The notes: generated by a model from the letters alone, not told the origin. A stretch of DNA of 64,000 bases from Synechococcus sp. (GCA_047285305.1 JBJBDL010000003.1:2016001-2080000), one strand, 5' to 3'. Shown: positions 38,291 to 49,663, numbered from the stretch's first letter. Numbers and translations: made by a program.

Positions 38291-40729
38291 TCAGCGCACC
38301 CAGACAACGCTGCAGCCCGGTCCGCCGTCCCCTTGCTCAGCATCGGTCACCCGTTCCACATAGGGCACCGTGTCCAGCCAGGCGCGCAGGCCGCGCTTGA
38401 GCTTGCCCGTGCCGATGCCGTGGATCACCCAAACCGGCCCATTGGCACTGCGCAAGCATTCCTCAACCGCCGCTTCGGCCTCATGCACCCGCATGCCACG
38501 CACATCAAGGGTGTTGCGACTGGTGCGCACCTGTGCACCGCCGCCTCCGACGGAACGGGCTTGCACCTTCACCACCGGCTTTGGAGGCGGCTCCGGCTTA
38601 CGCCCATCCAGGCTTTCCACCGCCGCCAGATCCACCGTGGTGCGCATCACCCCACAACGAACCGTCAGCTGAAGGCCGTCATCGGTGATGGCCAACACAT
38701 CTGCAGCCTTGCCGAGGGCGAGCAAGCGCACGCGATCCCCCACAGACGGACGCCAACCCGGCTTGGGTGCACGCCGTTCAGGGGTTGGGCGGTGATGGTC
38801 TTCCAAGCTGCGTAACCGTTGCCCAGCCTTTCGCGCGGTTTCCCCATCCGCGCGCTCATCCCGCAGACGGCGTATCAGCGTGCGAACTTCTTTCTGGCCC
38901 TGACGGATCGACTGCTCCAAGCGTTGACGGCCCTGCTCCTGGCGTTGCGCGGTCTGCTGCTTTTGCTTCTGCCAGCGCTGCAGCAACTCCTCGTGCAGCA
39001 GTTCCGTGCGTGCCAGGAGTGCTGCAGCGTCTTCTGCCGCGGCCTGCTGGCGCTGCCGTTGCTCCTCCAAGCCACGGATCACACTGTTCACCTCACCATC
39101 ACCCCCTGGGGCCAGAAGCTGCTGGGCCTGGTGAAGCACATCCGAATCGAGCCCAAGGCGCGTCGCGATCGCCAGTGCATTGCTGCGTCCTGGAATTCCC
39201 CACAACAATTCATAGGTGGGGGACAAGGTCTCAGGATTGAAGGCAACAGAGGCATTCTCAAAACGAGCGTCGTCGTATTTGAGGGCCTTGAGTTCACCGA
39301 AGTGGGTGGTGGCAATAGTGAGCCGAGCCCGATCCGCAAGAGCCTTCAGCAGAGCCGTGGCCAGGGCCGTTCCCTCGCTGGGATCCGTTCCAGCACCCAC
39401 CTCATCCAGCAGCACCAAGGCCGGAGAACCACCGCTCTGCAGCGCCTCAAGGATGCGCCCGATGCGCTTCACATGACCACTGAAGGTGGACAAGCTCTGT
39501 TGGAGGGATTGCTCATCTCCGATGTCTGCCAGCACCTGGGCACACCAGGGCAGGGAAGGTTGCCCCGAACAGGGCAAAAGCATGCCGGCGCGTGCCATCA
39601 GTGCAGCGAGGCCAATGCTTTTCAGGGTGACCGTTTTGCCACCGGTGTTCGGCCCGGTGATCGCCACCACCCGCAGCTCCGGCGACACCTCCACCGAGAT
39701 GGGAACCACGGGTGGCCCCTCCGCCCGTTTGTGCTGCCACACCAACAGTGGGTGTCGCAGACCTGAAAAGCGAAACGGAGCCTCCGCTGCCGCCTCAAGC
39801 TGAGGCTCAACGCCACCAAGCCAGCGGCCGTAACGCCCACGGGCCAGCGCAAGATCAAGCGCGCGCAGCACGGCCACCACCTGGTGGAGGGCGGACGCCT
39901 CTTCAGCCACCAGAGCACTCAGCTCCGCCAACACCTTGCGTTCCTCATCCCGGATGCGGGACTCCAGCTCCACAAGCTTGTTGCCCATGGTGAGCACCGA
40001 GCGGGGTTCAACAAAGAGGGTGCTGCCTGAGGCCGAACTGTCGTGCACCTGACCCGGCACCTGGCTCACCGCACCGGCCTTCACCGCCAGAACCGGACGG
40101 CCATGACGCTCGGCGATCACACTGTCCTGCAGCGATGGGGCCAGGCGCCGCAGCAGCTCCTGAAGTTTGTCGCGACGTTCCTGGCGCAGACCGTTCCATT
40201 GATGCCGCAGCGCCGACAACGCCGAGCTGGCGCGATCAGCAACGCGGCCGCCCTCTTCGAGCGCAAATTTGAGCCGCTGCTCCAACTCCGGCAGCGTCAC
40301 CATCGTTTCAATCAACGCGGTGCATACTGGGCGCAGCTCGGGGTCGTCGATCTGACGGCGCAGGCGACGGGCCGCTGCCAACGTTTCCGCCACGGCCAGC
40401 AGCTCTTCACCGGAGGCCACGCCTCCCTTGCTGCAGCGCATCACAACGGGCTCGAGGTTCTGCACACCGCGGAAGCTGAGCCCCCCCTCAGTGAGGTCAT
40501 CGAGCACCGCCATTTCAACCGTCTCGGCCAGGCGCTGTTTCGACTCCTCCAGGCTGGCGGGCAGCGGTTGAACCCGGGCCGCATCACGGCCCATGCCGGT
40601 GCTGGCAAAGCCGCTGAGATGGTCACAGACCCGATGCCACTCCAGCAGTTCAAGGGTTTCCTGCTGAGCCCGGTCCACCCCTTGACTCAAGTCAGCTGCA
40701 GTTGGAGGGGATGCCACCGGGGGGTTCAT
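38291..40729 (-). CDS. mutS2: Endonuclease MutS2
   Basis: TGPNTGGKT, QSLSTFSGH, DEVGAGTDP, C-terminal Smr domain (IHGIGTG). Confidence 0.95.
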   Translation of the reverse strand: MNPPVASPPTAADLSQGVDRAQQETLELLEWHRVCDHLSGFASTGMGRDAARVQPLPASLEESKQRLAETVEMAVLDDLTEGGLSFRGVQNLEPVVMRCSKGGVASGEELLAVAETLAAARRLRRQIDDPELRPVCTALIETMVTLPELEQRLKFALEEGGRVADRASSALSALRHQWNGLRQERRDKLQELLRRLAPSLQDSVIAERHGRPVLAVKAGAVSQVPGQVHDSSASGSTLFVEPRSVLTMGNKLVELESRIRDEERKVLAELSALVAEEASALHQVVAVLRALDLALARGRYGRWLGGVEPQLEAAAEAPFRFSGLRHPLLVWQHKRAEGPPVVPISVEVSPELRVVAITGPNTGGKTVTLKSIGLAALMARAGMLLPCSGQPSLPWCAQVLADIGDEQSLQQSLSTFSGHVKRIGRILEALQSGGSPALVLLDEVGAGTDPSEGTALATALLKALADRARLTIATTHFGELKALKYDDARFENASVAFNPETLSPTYELLWGIPGRSNALAIATRLGLDSDVLHQAQQLLAPGGDGEVNSVIRGLEEQRQRQQAAAEDAAALLARTELLHEELLQRWQKQKQQTAQRQEQGRQRLEQSIRQGQKEVRTLIRRLRDERADGETARKAGQRLRSLEDHHRPTPERRAPKPGWRPSVGDRVRLLALGKAADVLAITDDGLQLTVRCGVMRTTVDLAAVESLDGRKPEPPPKPVVKVQARSVGGGGAQVRTSRNTLDVRGMRVHEAEAAVEECLRSANGPVWVIHGIGTGKLKRGLRAWLDTVPYVERVTDAEQGDGGPGCSVVWVR

Positions 40730-41090
40730 AAAGCATTTCGAGCCAGTTGCCTTCCGGGTCTTTCAGATAAAAAGACGCCGTGCCGTCGCGGTGGTCATGG
40801 ACGGCACCAACGTGCACACCCTGCGCTTTGAGACGATCGTGAATCACATCCACCTCCGCACGATCGCGGAAATGGAAGGCGAAATGTGGGCCAGCGGCTT
40901 TGTAATCCGGGCCTAACAAGGCGAGTCCATCGCGACCTTCCCCGGCTTCCAGATAGCACCAGTCGTTGGCACGCCAGACCAGACGCATGCCCAGATCGGT
41001 GTAGAAGGCAACAGCCCGATCGACGTTCTCAACACGGATCGCAACGTGACCGAGACGATCCACACCTTTGGGTTGATCGGCTGTTGCCAT
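40692..41090 (-). CDS. VOC/glyoxalase family protein
   Basis: LGHVAIRV...FY..LG...HFAF...DPEGNWLE. Confidence 0.88.
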   Translation of the reverse strand: MATADQPKGVDRLGHVAIRVENVDRAVAFYTDLGMRLVWRANDWCYLEAGEGRDGLALLGPDYKAAGPHFAFHFRDRAEVDVIHDRLKAQGVHVGAVHDHRDGTASFYLKDPEGNWLEMLYEPPGGIPSNCS

Positions 41091-41094
41091 CGGA

Positions 41095-42096
41095 TCAAGC
41101 CTCCTTCAACCAAGCCGCTGCATCGCAGGCGTGGTACGTGAGGATCAGATCAGCACCGGCGCGCTTGAAGCTCAGCAACGTCTCCAGCACAACGGCCTTT
41201 TCATCGATCCAGCCCCGCTCCGCCGCGGCCTTCACCATCGAATACTCACCACTCACGTTGTAGGCAGCAATGGGGAGTTCCGACTCCTCGCGCAGTCGGT
41301 GGATGATGTCGAGATAAGCCAAACCTGGCTTCACCATCATGATGTCGGCGCCCTCCTGCTCATCGAGCTGGGCTTCGGTGATGGCTTCCCGAGCATTGGC
41401 GGGATCCATCTGATAGGTGTCTTTGTTTTTGGGGATCGGCTTGCTGCCGGCGGCACGGGGAGCGGAATCGAGGGCCTCACGGAAGGGGCCGTAGTACGCG
41501 GAGGAGTACTTCGCCGTGTAGCTGATGATGCCCACATGTTCGAAGCCTTCGTCGTCGAGGGCTTCCCGGATGGCACCGACCCGGCCGTCCATCATGTCGC
41601 TGGGACCGATCAGATCAGCGCCCGCTTCAGCCTGCACAACGGCCTGCTTGCAGAGCAGTTCAATCGTTTCATCGTTGAGGACCACGCCGTCCTCGCTGAC
41701 GATCCCGTCATGACCATCGCAGGAATAGGGATCCAGGGCGACGTCGGTCATGATCGCCATCTCGGGGATGGCTTCCTTGATCTGGCGGATCGCTCGTGGA
41801 ATCAGGCCATTGGCGTTGAAGCACTCAGCCCCGTCTTCGGTCTTCAGTCCCTCAGACACCTTGGGGAAGAGAACGATGCAACGCACCCCAAGGTCGTAGG
41901 CACGCTGCACTTCGCCGGTGAGGGCCGCAAGGCTCCAACGGCTGGCACCAGGCATGGCAGCGATTGGCTCCACCTCAGTGCCTTCATGCACAAAGAGGGG
42001 ATAGATGAAGTCTGCAGCCGAGAGGCTGTGCTCACGCACCATGGCGCGTAGGGCGGGCGTACGCCGAAGACGACGGGGGCGGTAGGTGAGCTCCAT
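41095..42096 (-). CDS. hemB: Porphobilinogen synthase
   Basis: RPRRLR, PSDMMDGR, YGPFREA, YQMDPAN, MVKPG, YNVSGEY. Confidence 0.98.
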   Translation of the reverse strand: MELTYRPRRLRRTPALRAMVREHSLSAADFIYPLFVHEGTEVEPIAAMPGASRWSLAALTGEVQRAYDLGVRCIVLFPKVSEGLKTEDGAECFNANGLIPRAIRQIKEAIPEMAIMTDVALDPYSCDGHDGIVSEDGVVLNDETIELLCKQAVVQAEAGADLIGPSDMMDGRVGAIREALDDEGFEHVGIISYTAKYSSAYYGPFREALDSAPRAAGSKPIPKNKDTYQMDPANAREAITEAQLDEQEGADIMMVKPGLAYLDIIHRLREESELPIAAYNVSGEYSMVKAAAERGWIDEKAVVLETLLSFKRAGADLILTYHACDAAAWLKEA

Positions 42097-42135
42097 CAGA
42101 CCCAAACACAAGGTGTGATCGTAAGGGTCACCCGA

Positions 42136-43092
42136 TCAGAGGGCCGCCGAACGAAGCCACTCTTGACGTGGATGGTCCGTGCGCTTGGCACGCAGTTGCT
42201 CCAACAACCGACGCTCCTCCTCACTCCACGAGGCAGGCATGGCCAGCGTCAGCGTGAGCAGAAGATCACCGCGACCGGTCTTCGACGGCCAGCCCTTGCC
42301 CTTCAGCCGCAGACTGCGGCCCGGGGCGGTGCCGGCCGGAATGCTCACCTGGGCCTCACCATCGGGCGTCATCACCGACACCGTGCCTCCAAGGGCCAGT
42401 TCATCGAGGCTGACGGGGAGATCGGCCCGCAGCTGATCCGACTCCAGGCGCCAGATCGGGTGGTCCTGAATCTTGAGGTTGAGGTAGAGATCGCCCCGAC
42501 GTCCGGTGCCCGGTTGCAGGTTGCCCTTGCCCTTCAACCGCAGCCGCGAGCCGTTCTTCACTCCAGCAGGAATGCGCACCTGAACGCGCTCGTTGTTCAC
42601 CGAGAGGCTGCGTTCACCACCGCGAAAGGCCTCTGAAAAGGTGACATTCACCGAAGCTTCGGCATCGAGATTCACCGGAGGGCGTGAAGCCTGGGCACCA
42701 CGCGGGAAACCGCCCCCTGCGAATCCACCCCCCGGGAATCCTCCGCCGGCTGGTCCACCGAAACGGCCCAACAGGTCGTTGATGAAATCGTCGAAATTGC
42801 CGTAGCGACCGAAGTCGACATCCATCCCGGGCGCGGCTCCCCCGCCCATGCCGCCGGCCTGATTCCAGTACTGACCGAATTGCTCATAACGACGCCGTTT
42901 CTCGGGATCGGAAAGCACTTCGTAGGCCTCACTGATCTCCTTGAACCGCGCTTCAGCCTGGGCATCCCCGGGGTTGACGTCAGGGTGGTATTGGCGCGCC
43001 AGGCTGCGAAAGGCTTTCTTGATGGCATTGGCATCGGCGCTGCGATCAACCCCGAGCACCTGGAAATAATCCTTGTATCCGCTGCCTGCCAT
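42136..43092 (-). CDS. dnaJ: DnaJ-class chaperone, type II without zinc finger
   Basis: J domain with HPD, G/F-rich region, C-terminal domain. Confidence 0.88.
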   Translation of the reverse strand: MAGSGYKDYFQVLGVDRSADANAIKKAFRSLARQYHPDVNPGDAQAEARFKEISEAYEVLSDPEKRRRYEQFGQYWNQAGGMGGGAAPGMDVDFGRYGNFDDFINDLLGRFGGPAGGGFPGGGFAGGGFPRGAQASRPPVNLDAEASVNVTFSEAFRGGERSLSVNNERVQVRIPAGVKNGSRLRLKGKGNLQPGTGRRGDLYLNLKIQDHPIWRLESDQLRADLPVSLDELALGGTVSVMTPDGEAQVSIPAGTAPGRSLRLKGKGWPSKTGRGDLLLTLTLAMPASWSEEERRLLEQLRAKRTDHPRQEWLRSAAL

Positions 43093-43208
43093 ACCCGTCT
43101 AGTGGTATTCCCAGTTTCACCGCAACAGGGCTTGCGTTGTTGCTTCCGCATGGAGGGAAGCCCGAACGCCTCAATGCGACCTAGCTTCAGGCCAACCACT
43201 GCATCAGC

Positions 43209-43619
43209 ATGAGGAGCATGGCTTCATCCCTGCTGGCATCCGTGCTGGTCGCAGCTGGCGGAGCTGTTGGTGGCCCACCTGGTTCGGCCGCTCCCTGGGC
43301 CAGCACGATCGGAGAGCCCCTGCACGACTCAAGCCCCCAGGCCCTCGAACTGACGCAGCATCTGAAGGCGATGGGGGCCAAGTTTTATGGCGCCTGGACC
43401 TGCCCAGCCTGTTTCAAGCAGATGAACCTGTTCGGCAAACAGGCCGGAGCGGACGTGATCTATGTGGAATGCCGCAAGCCGAAGCAGCTGCCAGAGCAAA
43501 CCGAAGCCTGTAACGCCGCAGAAATCAGGGTTTATCCCACCTGGGTTCTCCCCGATGGGCGCCGAAAACTGGGAGTTCAGTCCCTGGAAGCCCTGAGTCG
43601 CTGGAGTGGTCTGAACTGA
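43209..43619 (+). CDS. Exported thioredoxin-fold protein
   Basis: FYGAWTCPAC, YVEC, YPTW. Confidence 0.8.
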   Translation: MRSMASSLLASVLVAAGGAVGGPPGSAAPWASTIGEPLHDSSPQALELTQHLKAMGAKFYGAWTCPACFKQMNLFGKQAGADVIYVECRKPKQLPEQTEACNAAEIRVYPTWVLPDGRRKLGVQSLEALSRWSGLN

Positions 43620-43620
43620 G

Positions 43621-45297
43621 ATGGCACTGATTCACGGCCTGCATCAGCGCAACATCCGAGGCGACCTTCTCGGAGGACTGACGGCGGCCGTGGTCGCGCT
43701 GCCTCTTGCCCTGGCCTTCGGCAATGCCGCCCTGGGGCCAGGCGGCGCCATTTACGGTCTGTATGGCGCCATCGTTACCGGATTCCTAGCGGCCTTGCTC
43801 GGGGGAACTCCCGCCCAGGTGAGCGGACCCACCGGACCCATGAGCGTCACCGTGGCAGGGATCGTCTCCAGCCTGGCCGCCATCGGTATCGGTCGTGATC
43901 TCAATGCCGGCGAGATGCTGCCGTTGGTGATGGCCGCTGTGGTGATCGGTGGTGTGTTCGAAACCCTGCTCGGGGTGCTGCGGCTGGGGCGCTTCATCAC
44001 CCTGGTGCCCTACTCGGTGGTCTCCGGCTTCATGTCGGGGATCGGTTTCATCATCCTTGCACTGCAACTTGGACCCTTCATCGGGGTGAGTACCGGGGGC
44101 GGCGTGGTTGCGTCCCTGAGTTCGCTGATCGAGGCCCCCAGCTGGAATCCAGCTGCGCTCGCCGTTGGATTGATGACACTCGCAGTGGTGTTTCTGACAC
44201 CCCTGCGGATCCGCCAATGGGTGCCAACGCCTCTGCTGGCGCTGCTGATTGTGACGCCGTTGTCGCTGCTGCTGTTCAACGACAACCGACTGCTGGAGCT
44301 GGGCCTTGAACCCATCGCCCGGATCGGAGCCATCCCGGAGGGGGGCTTGCAACTGGTGGTTCCCGATTTCAGTCAGCACCTGCCGGAGCTGGTGAAAGCC
44401 GGCATGGTTCTCGCCCTGCTCGGGGCGATCGACTCTTTGCTCACCTCCCTGGTGGCCGACAACATCACCCAGACCAACCACGACTCCAACCGTGAGCTGA
44501 TCGGCCAGGGCATCGCCAACACCGCGGCCGGGTTCTTCTCAGGCCTTCCCGGTGCCGGAGCCACGATGCGAACGGTTATCAACATCAAATCCGGTGGTCA
44601 GACGCCCTGGTCGGGCATGACCCATTCCATGGTGCTGCTGCTTGTGCTGCTGGGGGCAGGCCCCCTTGCGGCACAAATCCCCACGGCGCTGTTGGCAGGA
44701 ATCCTGATCAAAGTCGGCCTCGACATCATCGATTGGGGCTTTCTGCTCCGCGCTCATCGCCTGTCGGCGAAAACAGCCGCGCTGATGTACGCCGTGCTGT
44801 TGATGACGGTGTTCTGGGACCTGATCTGGGGCGTTTTGGTAGGGATGTTCGTTGCCAACCTGTTGACCGTTGATGCGATCACGCGGTCCCAACTGGAGGG
44901 AATGGAAGAGGACAACCCCTCCGATGCCACGGATGCAATGCACGCCAATCTTTCCCCGGAGGAGGAAGCCCTGATCCTGCGCTGCGGCAAGGCCTTGATG
45001 CTGTTTCGCCTGCGCGGCCCTCTGAGTTTTGGCGCCGCCAAAGGCATCAGTGCCCGAATGGGATTGATCCAGAGCTACAGGGTTCTGATCCTTGACCTCA
45101 CAGACGTGTCCCGCATCGGTGTCACCGCAACCCTCGCCATCGAACGCATGGTGGAGGAAGCACGGTCCGCGGGCCGCACGCTATTCATCGCCGGAGCCAA
45201 CCAGAGCCTCGAACAACGGCTGCGGCAATTTGGCGTGGAGGGAGTGCTTCGGCCATCCAGGCTGGAGGCTTTGCAGGAGGCGGCTCAGCTGATCTGA
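43621..45297 (+). CDS. SulP/SLC26 anion transporter (BicA-like)
   Basis: GLTAAVVALPLALAFG, VSGPTG, NRELIGQG, C-terminal STAS domain. Confidence 0.9.
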   Translation: MALIHGLHQRNIRGDLLGGLTAAVVALPLALAFGNAALGPGGAIYGLYGAIVTGFLAALLGGTPAQVSGPTGPMSVTVAGIVSSLAAIGIGRDLNAGEMLPLVMAAVVIGGVFETLLGVLRLGRFITLVPYSVVSGFMSGIGFIILALQLGPFIGVSTGGGVVASLSSLIEAPSWNPAALAVGLMTLAVVFLTPLRIRQWVPTPLLALLIVTPLSLLLFNDNRLLELGLEPIARIGAIPEGGLQLVVPDFSQHLPELVKAGMVLALLGAIDSLLTSLVADNITQTNHDSNRELIGQGIANTAAGFFSGLPGAGATMRTVINIKSGGQTPWSGMTHSMVLLLVLLGAGPLAAQIPTALLAGILIKVGLDIIDWGFLLRAHRLSAKTAALMYAVLLMTVFWDLIWGVLVGMFVANLLTVDAITRSQLEGMEEDNPSDATDAMHANLSPEEEALILRCGKALMLFRLRGPLSFGAAKGISARMGLIQSYRVLILDLTDVSRIGVTATLAIERMVEEARSAGRTLFIAGANQSLEQRLRQFGVEGVLRPSRLEALQEAAQLI

Positions 45298-45959
45298 CTG
45301 CTGATCTGTGTGGCATCCACACCACAGGAATGCATCCGTACGTCTTCAGGGCGTGCCAGCTCCCCTTCCAGCGCCTTCACTTCCGCTAGGGCCAGCACTT
45401 CGAGGCGCTCAACGATCAGCTCCCGCGGATAGCGCTGCTCACACAACACCCAATACAGGCCGAAGTGGCGGGCTTCACTCGCCAACAGATCGCTGTAAAG
45501 CCCCCTCAACTGAGGATCCGGGCTGTGCTCAGCCAACAGGGCCATGCGCTCATGGCTGCGGGCTTCAATCAGACCCGCCACCAAGAAGGAGTCGAGCATT
45601 CTCTGCGGCTCACCTTTACGGATCTGCCGGGCTAGATCAGCGCCATAGCCCGGGGAAGGCAGCGGTTCCAGGTAGCTCCCCCGGGCCTTGATCAACGCCA
45701 GCACCTGCTCAAAGTGCTCCAGCTCTTCCCGCGCCAGAGGGCTGAGGGCTTCACCCAGACCCGGTTCGCAGAGGTAGCGGAACATCATCTGCACCGCAGC
45801 CCCGGCAGCCTTGCGTTCGCAGTGGGCGTGATCGATCAGCACCTCCATCGGCCTGGCGTTGGCCTGCTCCACCCAGCTCCAGCTGGTGGGCGCAGCTAAC
45901 CAGCGGATCGATGCCACTGTCTTGGAGGGAACAGTTTGTGGTGGACCTGTAATGGTCAT
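45285..45959 (-). CDS. miaE: tRNA-(ms2io6A37) hydroxylase
   Basis: [34 protein letters not shown]. Confidence 0.93.
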   Translation of the reverse strand: MTITGPPQTVPSKTVASIRWLAAPTSWSWVEQANARPMEVLIDHAHCERKAAGAAVQMMFRYLCEPGLGEALSPLAREELEHFEQVLALIKARGSYLEPLPSPGYGADLARQIRKGEPQRMLDSFLVAGLIEARSHERMALLAEHSPDPQLRGLYSDLLASEARHFGLYWVLCEQRYPRELIVERLEVLALAEVKALEGELARPEDVRMHSCGVDATQISSQIS

Positions 45960-46396
45960 GCGTTCCGGCGTAGATGGCCGAGCAATCCGTTCAAGGCAAG
46001 GCTGTAGCTGGCTGGTCCGAAGCCGCAGATCACACCCACAGCGCGCTCAGCCAGAAACGAGTGATGGCGGAACTTTTCCCGGGCATGGGTGTTGCTGAGG
46101 TGCAATTCCACATATGGGATAGCGACACCAGCCAGGGCATCACGGATGGCGATGGACGTGTGGGTGTAAGCCCCGGCGTTGATCAAGATTCCATCGCATC
46201 GGCCCATGGCCTGGTGAATCCGGTCCACCAGGGCACCTTCGAAATTGCTTTGAAAGCAGTCCAGCTGCACTGATTCCTGCTCCGCCTGCCGGGTCAGCGC
46301 CGCTTCGATGTCCGCCAGGGAGGAATGGCCATAGATCCCAGTCTCACGCTGGCCCAGCAGGTTCAGATTCGGACCGTTCAGCAGCAGAACGTGCAT
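45956..46396 (-). CDS. aroQ: Type II 3-dehydroquinate dehydratase
   Basis: [34 protein letters not shown]. Confidence 0.96.
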   Translation of the reverse strand: MHVLLLNGPNLNLLGQRETGIYGHSSLADIEAALTRQAEQESVQLDCFQSNFEGALVDRIHQAMGRCDGILINAGAYTHTSIAIRDALAGVAIPYVELHLSNTHAREKFRHHSFLAERAVGVICGFGPASYSLALNGLLGHLRRNA

Positions 46397-46480
46397 GGCT
46401 GGAGATCTGTTCAGCTCGGCAGATCGTATCGAGATCGTGGGGAAGGACACACCGACTGGTAAGTTCTTGCGGTGTGGTTC

Positions 46481-46562
46481 GGGTCGGTGCCCGAGTGGTT
46501 AATGGGGGCGGACTGTAAATCCGCTGGCTCTGCCTACGTTGGTTCAAATCCAACCCGGCCCA
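46481..46562 (+). tRNA. trnY: tRNA-Tyr(GTA)
   Basis: Anticodon arm GCGGA-CTGTAAA-TCCGC; long variable arm. Confidence 0.97.
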
Positions 46563-46571
46563 TCCCCACAT

Positions 46572-46643
<72 letters not shown>

Positions 46644-46675
46644 TTCTTGCTCCCCATGGCACCGGGGGAGAGGGG

Positions 46676-48106
46676 TTAAGACCCCAGAACAGCCGCCGAT
46701 TGCGGGCTGACAATTTGGTTGTCAACAATTCCCAGCGTCCAAACGAGGGATTGTCCCGAGTCGATGGTTAGGGGCACAGGGTTGGAGCGACTTCGGTTGA
46801 TCACGACTCGCAGACCATCCGCAACGCCCTCCATCACGTCCGCCCCTTGGGCTGACCAGCGCAGACCTTCTCTGCGCAAGACCCCATGGGTAGAGCGGAG
46901 TTCTGCAAGTGACTGGATGAATGGGCGCAGATCAGCACTCCAGGGAACGTCCCAGGGATAGGCCTCACGGCAGGCCGGTCCAGGACCGCTGGAGGGGCCT
47001 GATTCAGGACCACCCGCCAGGGCAGCTTCAGTGCCGTAGTAAATGCATGGCGCTCCCGGATGGAGGAAGAGCAGCAGCAGAGCCAACTTCAGGGCCGCAA
47101 CGTCGTTGTTGAGGCTGTGAAGTGCACGGGGCACGTCATGGCTGTCGAGCAGGTTCATCTGGGCCCTTTTGACCACCTCCCGGGTGGAACGCGTTGTTGT
47201 CGTCCAGATGGTCAACAAAGACTGCCCATCCAGGGGGTCAAGGGGATAGTCGGAATTGCGGTAGTCCCGCCGCAACACTTCAGCGGCGGCCCAGCAAAGG
47301 ATGCTCCATCCCAGCCGGTAATTCATCACGCCATCGAAGTGGTTGCCCTGCAGCCAGGGGGTCGCATCACCCCACACCTCTCCAACAATCCAGGCCTCCG
47401 GGTTGGTCGCACGCACCATCTGCCGGAACTCAACCCAGAAGTCGGCCGGCACCTCGGCAGGGACGTCGAGACGCCAGCCGTCAATCCCCTGCTCGAGCCA
47501 GTGACGGCCCACCGCCAGCAGATGCTCCCGAACCCCTGGATTGGCATGGTTGAACTTGGGCAGATCCGGCAAGGCCCACCAACCGTCGTAACCACAGTCC
47601 TCGCCAGGGGCGGGATAGGGCTTCAGGGGCCAACGGTGCACATGGAACCAATCCCGGTACGGCGAATCCGCACCGTTTTCCACCACGTGATGAAAGGCCC
47701 AAAAGCCGCGGCCGCAGTGGTTGAACACCCCATCCAGAACCAACCTCATGCCGCGCTGATGCACGGCATCGATCAGGTCCGTGAGTGCTGCATTGCCCCC
47801 CATCAGGGGATCCACCTCGAAATAGTCGTAGGCGTGATAGCGATGGTTGGCAGCTGAGCTGAAGATCGGCGTGAGATAGAGGCAGGTGATGCCCATAGCT
47901 TGGAGCTGATCGAGAGCATCGATGACGCCGTAGAGATCCCCGCCCTGGAATCCCTCCTTGCGAGGGTCCGCCCCCCAGGGCTTCAAAGCGAGATGGCGCT
48001 GCGCATCGACGCGGCCACTGCGGCGAAAACGGTCGGGAAAAATTTGATAAATCACCGCGTCCGCCACCCAGGCGGGGGGATCGCGAAACGACGTGGTCGC
48101 TGCCAA
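46676..48106 (-). CDS. GH13 glycosidase (neopullulanase/cyclomaltodextrinase-like)
   Basis: YQIFPDRF, DGVFNH, DGWRLDV, GEVW, DSHD. Confidence 0.9.
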   Translation of the reverse strand: MAATTSFRDPPAWVADAVIYQIFPDRFRRSGRVDAQRHLALKPWGADPRKEGFQGGDLYGVIDALDQLQAMGITCLYLTPIFSSAANHRYHAYDYFEVDPLMGGNAALTDLIDAVHQRGMRLVLDGVFNHCGRGFWAFHHVVENGADSPYRDWFHVHRWPLKPYPAPGEDCGYDGWWALPDLPKFNHANPGVREHLLAVGRHWLEQGIDGWRLDVPAEVPADFWVEFRQMVRATNPEAWIVGEVWGDATPWLQGNHFDGVMNYRLGWSILCWAAAEVLRRDYRNSDYPLDPLDGQSLLTIWTTTTRSTREVVKRAQMNLLDSHDVPRALHSLNNDVAALKLALLLLFLHPGAPCIYYGTEAALAGGPESGPSSGPGPACREAYPWDVPWSADLRPFIQSLAELRSTHGVLRREGLRWSAQGADVMEGVADGLRVVINRSRSNPVPLTIDSGQSLVWTLGIVDNQIVSPQSAAVLGS

Positions 48107-48157
48107 AACCTTTGCAGTCAGCCTTCTCCTGGCTAGCAGGAGAGAAAGACCTTGGCC

Positions 48158-49663
48158 ATGGCTGAACAGCCTCTCCTTCTGGCCCTCGATCAGGGCACCA
48201 GCAGCTCCAGAGCCGCGCTGTTCAGCAGCTCAGGGGATCTGGTGCTCAGCGCCAGTGCACCGCTGCCGATTTCCTACCCCGCCGATGGATGGGTGGAACA
48301 AGACCCGATGGCGATCTGGACCAGCCAGCGGCAGGCCCTGGTGCAGCTCGATTCAAAGCTCAGTGAGGGGCAGCGCAAAGCGGTAGTGAGCTGCGGCATC
48401 ACCAACCAACGGGAAACCTCCGTGCTCTGGCGCCGCAGCAATGGCCTCCCCTGCGGACCGGCCCTTGTCTGGCAGGACGGCCGCACCGCCTCCATCTGCG
48501 ACGCCTGGAAGCAGCAGGGACTGGAGCAGGAGTGGTGCCGGCGCACGGGCTTGCTGCTCGACCCCTACTTCAGTGCCAGCAAGATCCGCTGGATGCTCGA
48601 CCACTACGCAGACGCCCAGGCTGCCGCGGCCAGCGATGACCTCTGTTTCGGCACGGTGGAAAGCTGGCTGCTCTGGCAACTCACCGGCGGCCAGCGCCAC
48701 GGCAGTGACATGAGCAATGCCAGCCGAACGCTGCTGATGGACCTGGAGCAGCAGCACTGGGTGGATGACTTCCGAGAGCCCACAGGGCTCCCCGCCAGCG
48801 CTCTGCCCGAACTGCTGCCCTGCCGCGGAGAGTTTGGGCACATGGCTGCGGACCTTCCCTTTGCAGGCTTGCCGATCCAGGCCATGCTCGGCGACCAACA
48901 GGCCGCCACTCTGGGCCAGCTCTGTCTGCAGCCAGGAGAAGGGAAGTGCACTTACGGCACGGGGGCTTTTCTGGTGATCAACACCGGCGATGTCGTCCGC
49001 CGCTCAGATGCGGGGCTGCTCAGCACCCTCGGCTGGACGGATGCCGCTGGAACACCCAGCTTCTGCCTTGAGGGAAGTCTGTTCAACGCCGGCACCGTCA
49101 TCCAGTGGCTCCGGGATGGGCTGCAAATCATTGAGCAAGCCCCCCAGGTCAACGAACTGGCGCGTTCGGTACCGGATTCAGGAGGGGTGATGCTCGTGCC
49201 CGCCTTCACCGGCTGGGGGACACCGCACTGGGATCCCCAGGCACGCGGTGTTCTGGTGGGCCTCACTCGTGACAGCGGACGCGGTCACATCGCCCGCGCT
49301 GCACTTGAGGGGATCGCCCTGTCGGTAGCGACATTGGTGGCGCTTGCCGAAGAGGCCCTCGGGAGCGACTTGGGTGAACTGGCGGTGGATGGTGGCGCCG
49401 CGGCCTCCGACCCTCTGCTGCAGGCGCAGGCGGATTGCACCGGTCTGACGGTGCGGCGACCCGCCAGCCTCGAGAGCACCGCCCGGGGGGTAGCGCTGTT
49501 CGCAGGCCTCCAGGCTGGGGTGATAACCGACCTGGAGCAGCTCGCGACCGCGCGGAGGGACGGAGCGGAACTGTTCCACCCGCAGATGGATGCATCCCAG
49601 CGCGACCGCTGGCGGACACGCTGGCAGGACGCCGTCTCTAGAAGCCTGGGGTGGCATGGCTGA
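48158..49663 (+). CDS. glpK: Glycerol kinase
   Basis: ALDQGTSSSR, ITNQRET, DPYFSASK, GDQQAA, KCTYGTG. Confidence 0.93.
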   Translation: MAEQPLLLALDQGTSSSRAALFSSSGDLVLSASAPLPISYPADGWVEQDPMAIWTSQRQALVQLDSKLSEGQRKAVVSCGITNQRETSVLWRRSNGLPCGPALVWQDGRTASICDAWKQQGLEQEWCRRTGLLLDPYFSASKIRWMLDHYADAQAAAASDDLCFGTVESWLLWQLTGGQRHGSDMSNASRTLLMDLEQQHWVDDFREPTGLPASALPELLPCRGEFGHMAADLPFAGLPIQAMLGDQQAATLGQLCLQPGEGKCTYGTGAFLVINTGDVVRRSDAGLLSTLGWTDAAGTPSFCLEGSLFNAGTVIQWLRDGLQIIEQAPQVNELARSVPDSGGVMLVPAFTGWGTPHWDPQARGVLVGLTRDSGRGHIARAALEGIALSVATLVALAEEALGSDLGELAVDGGAAASDPLLQAQADCTGLTVRRPASLESTARGVALFAGLQAGVITDLEQLATARRDGAELFHPQMDASQRDRWRTRWQDAVSRSLGWHG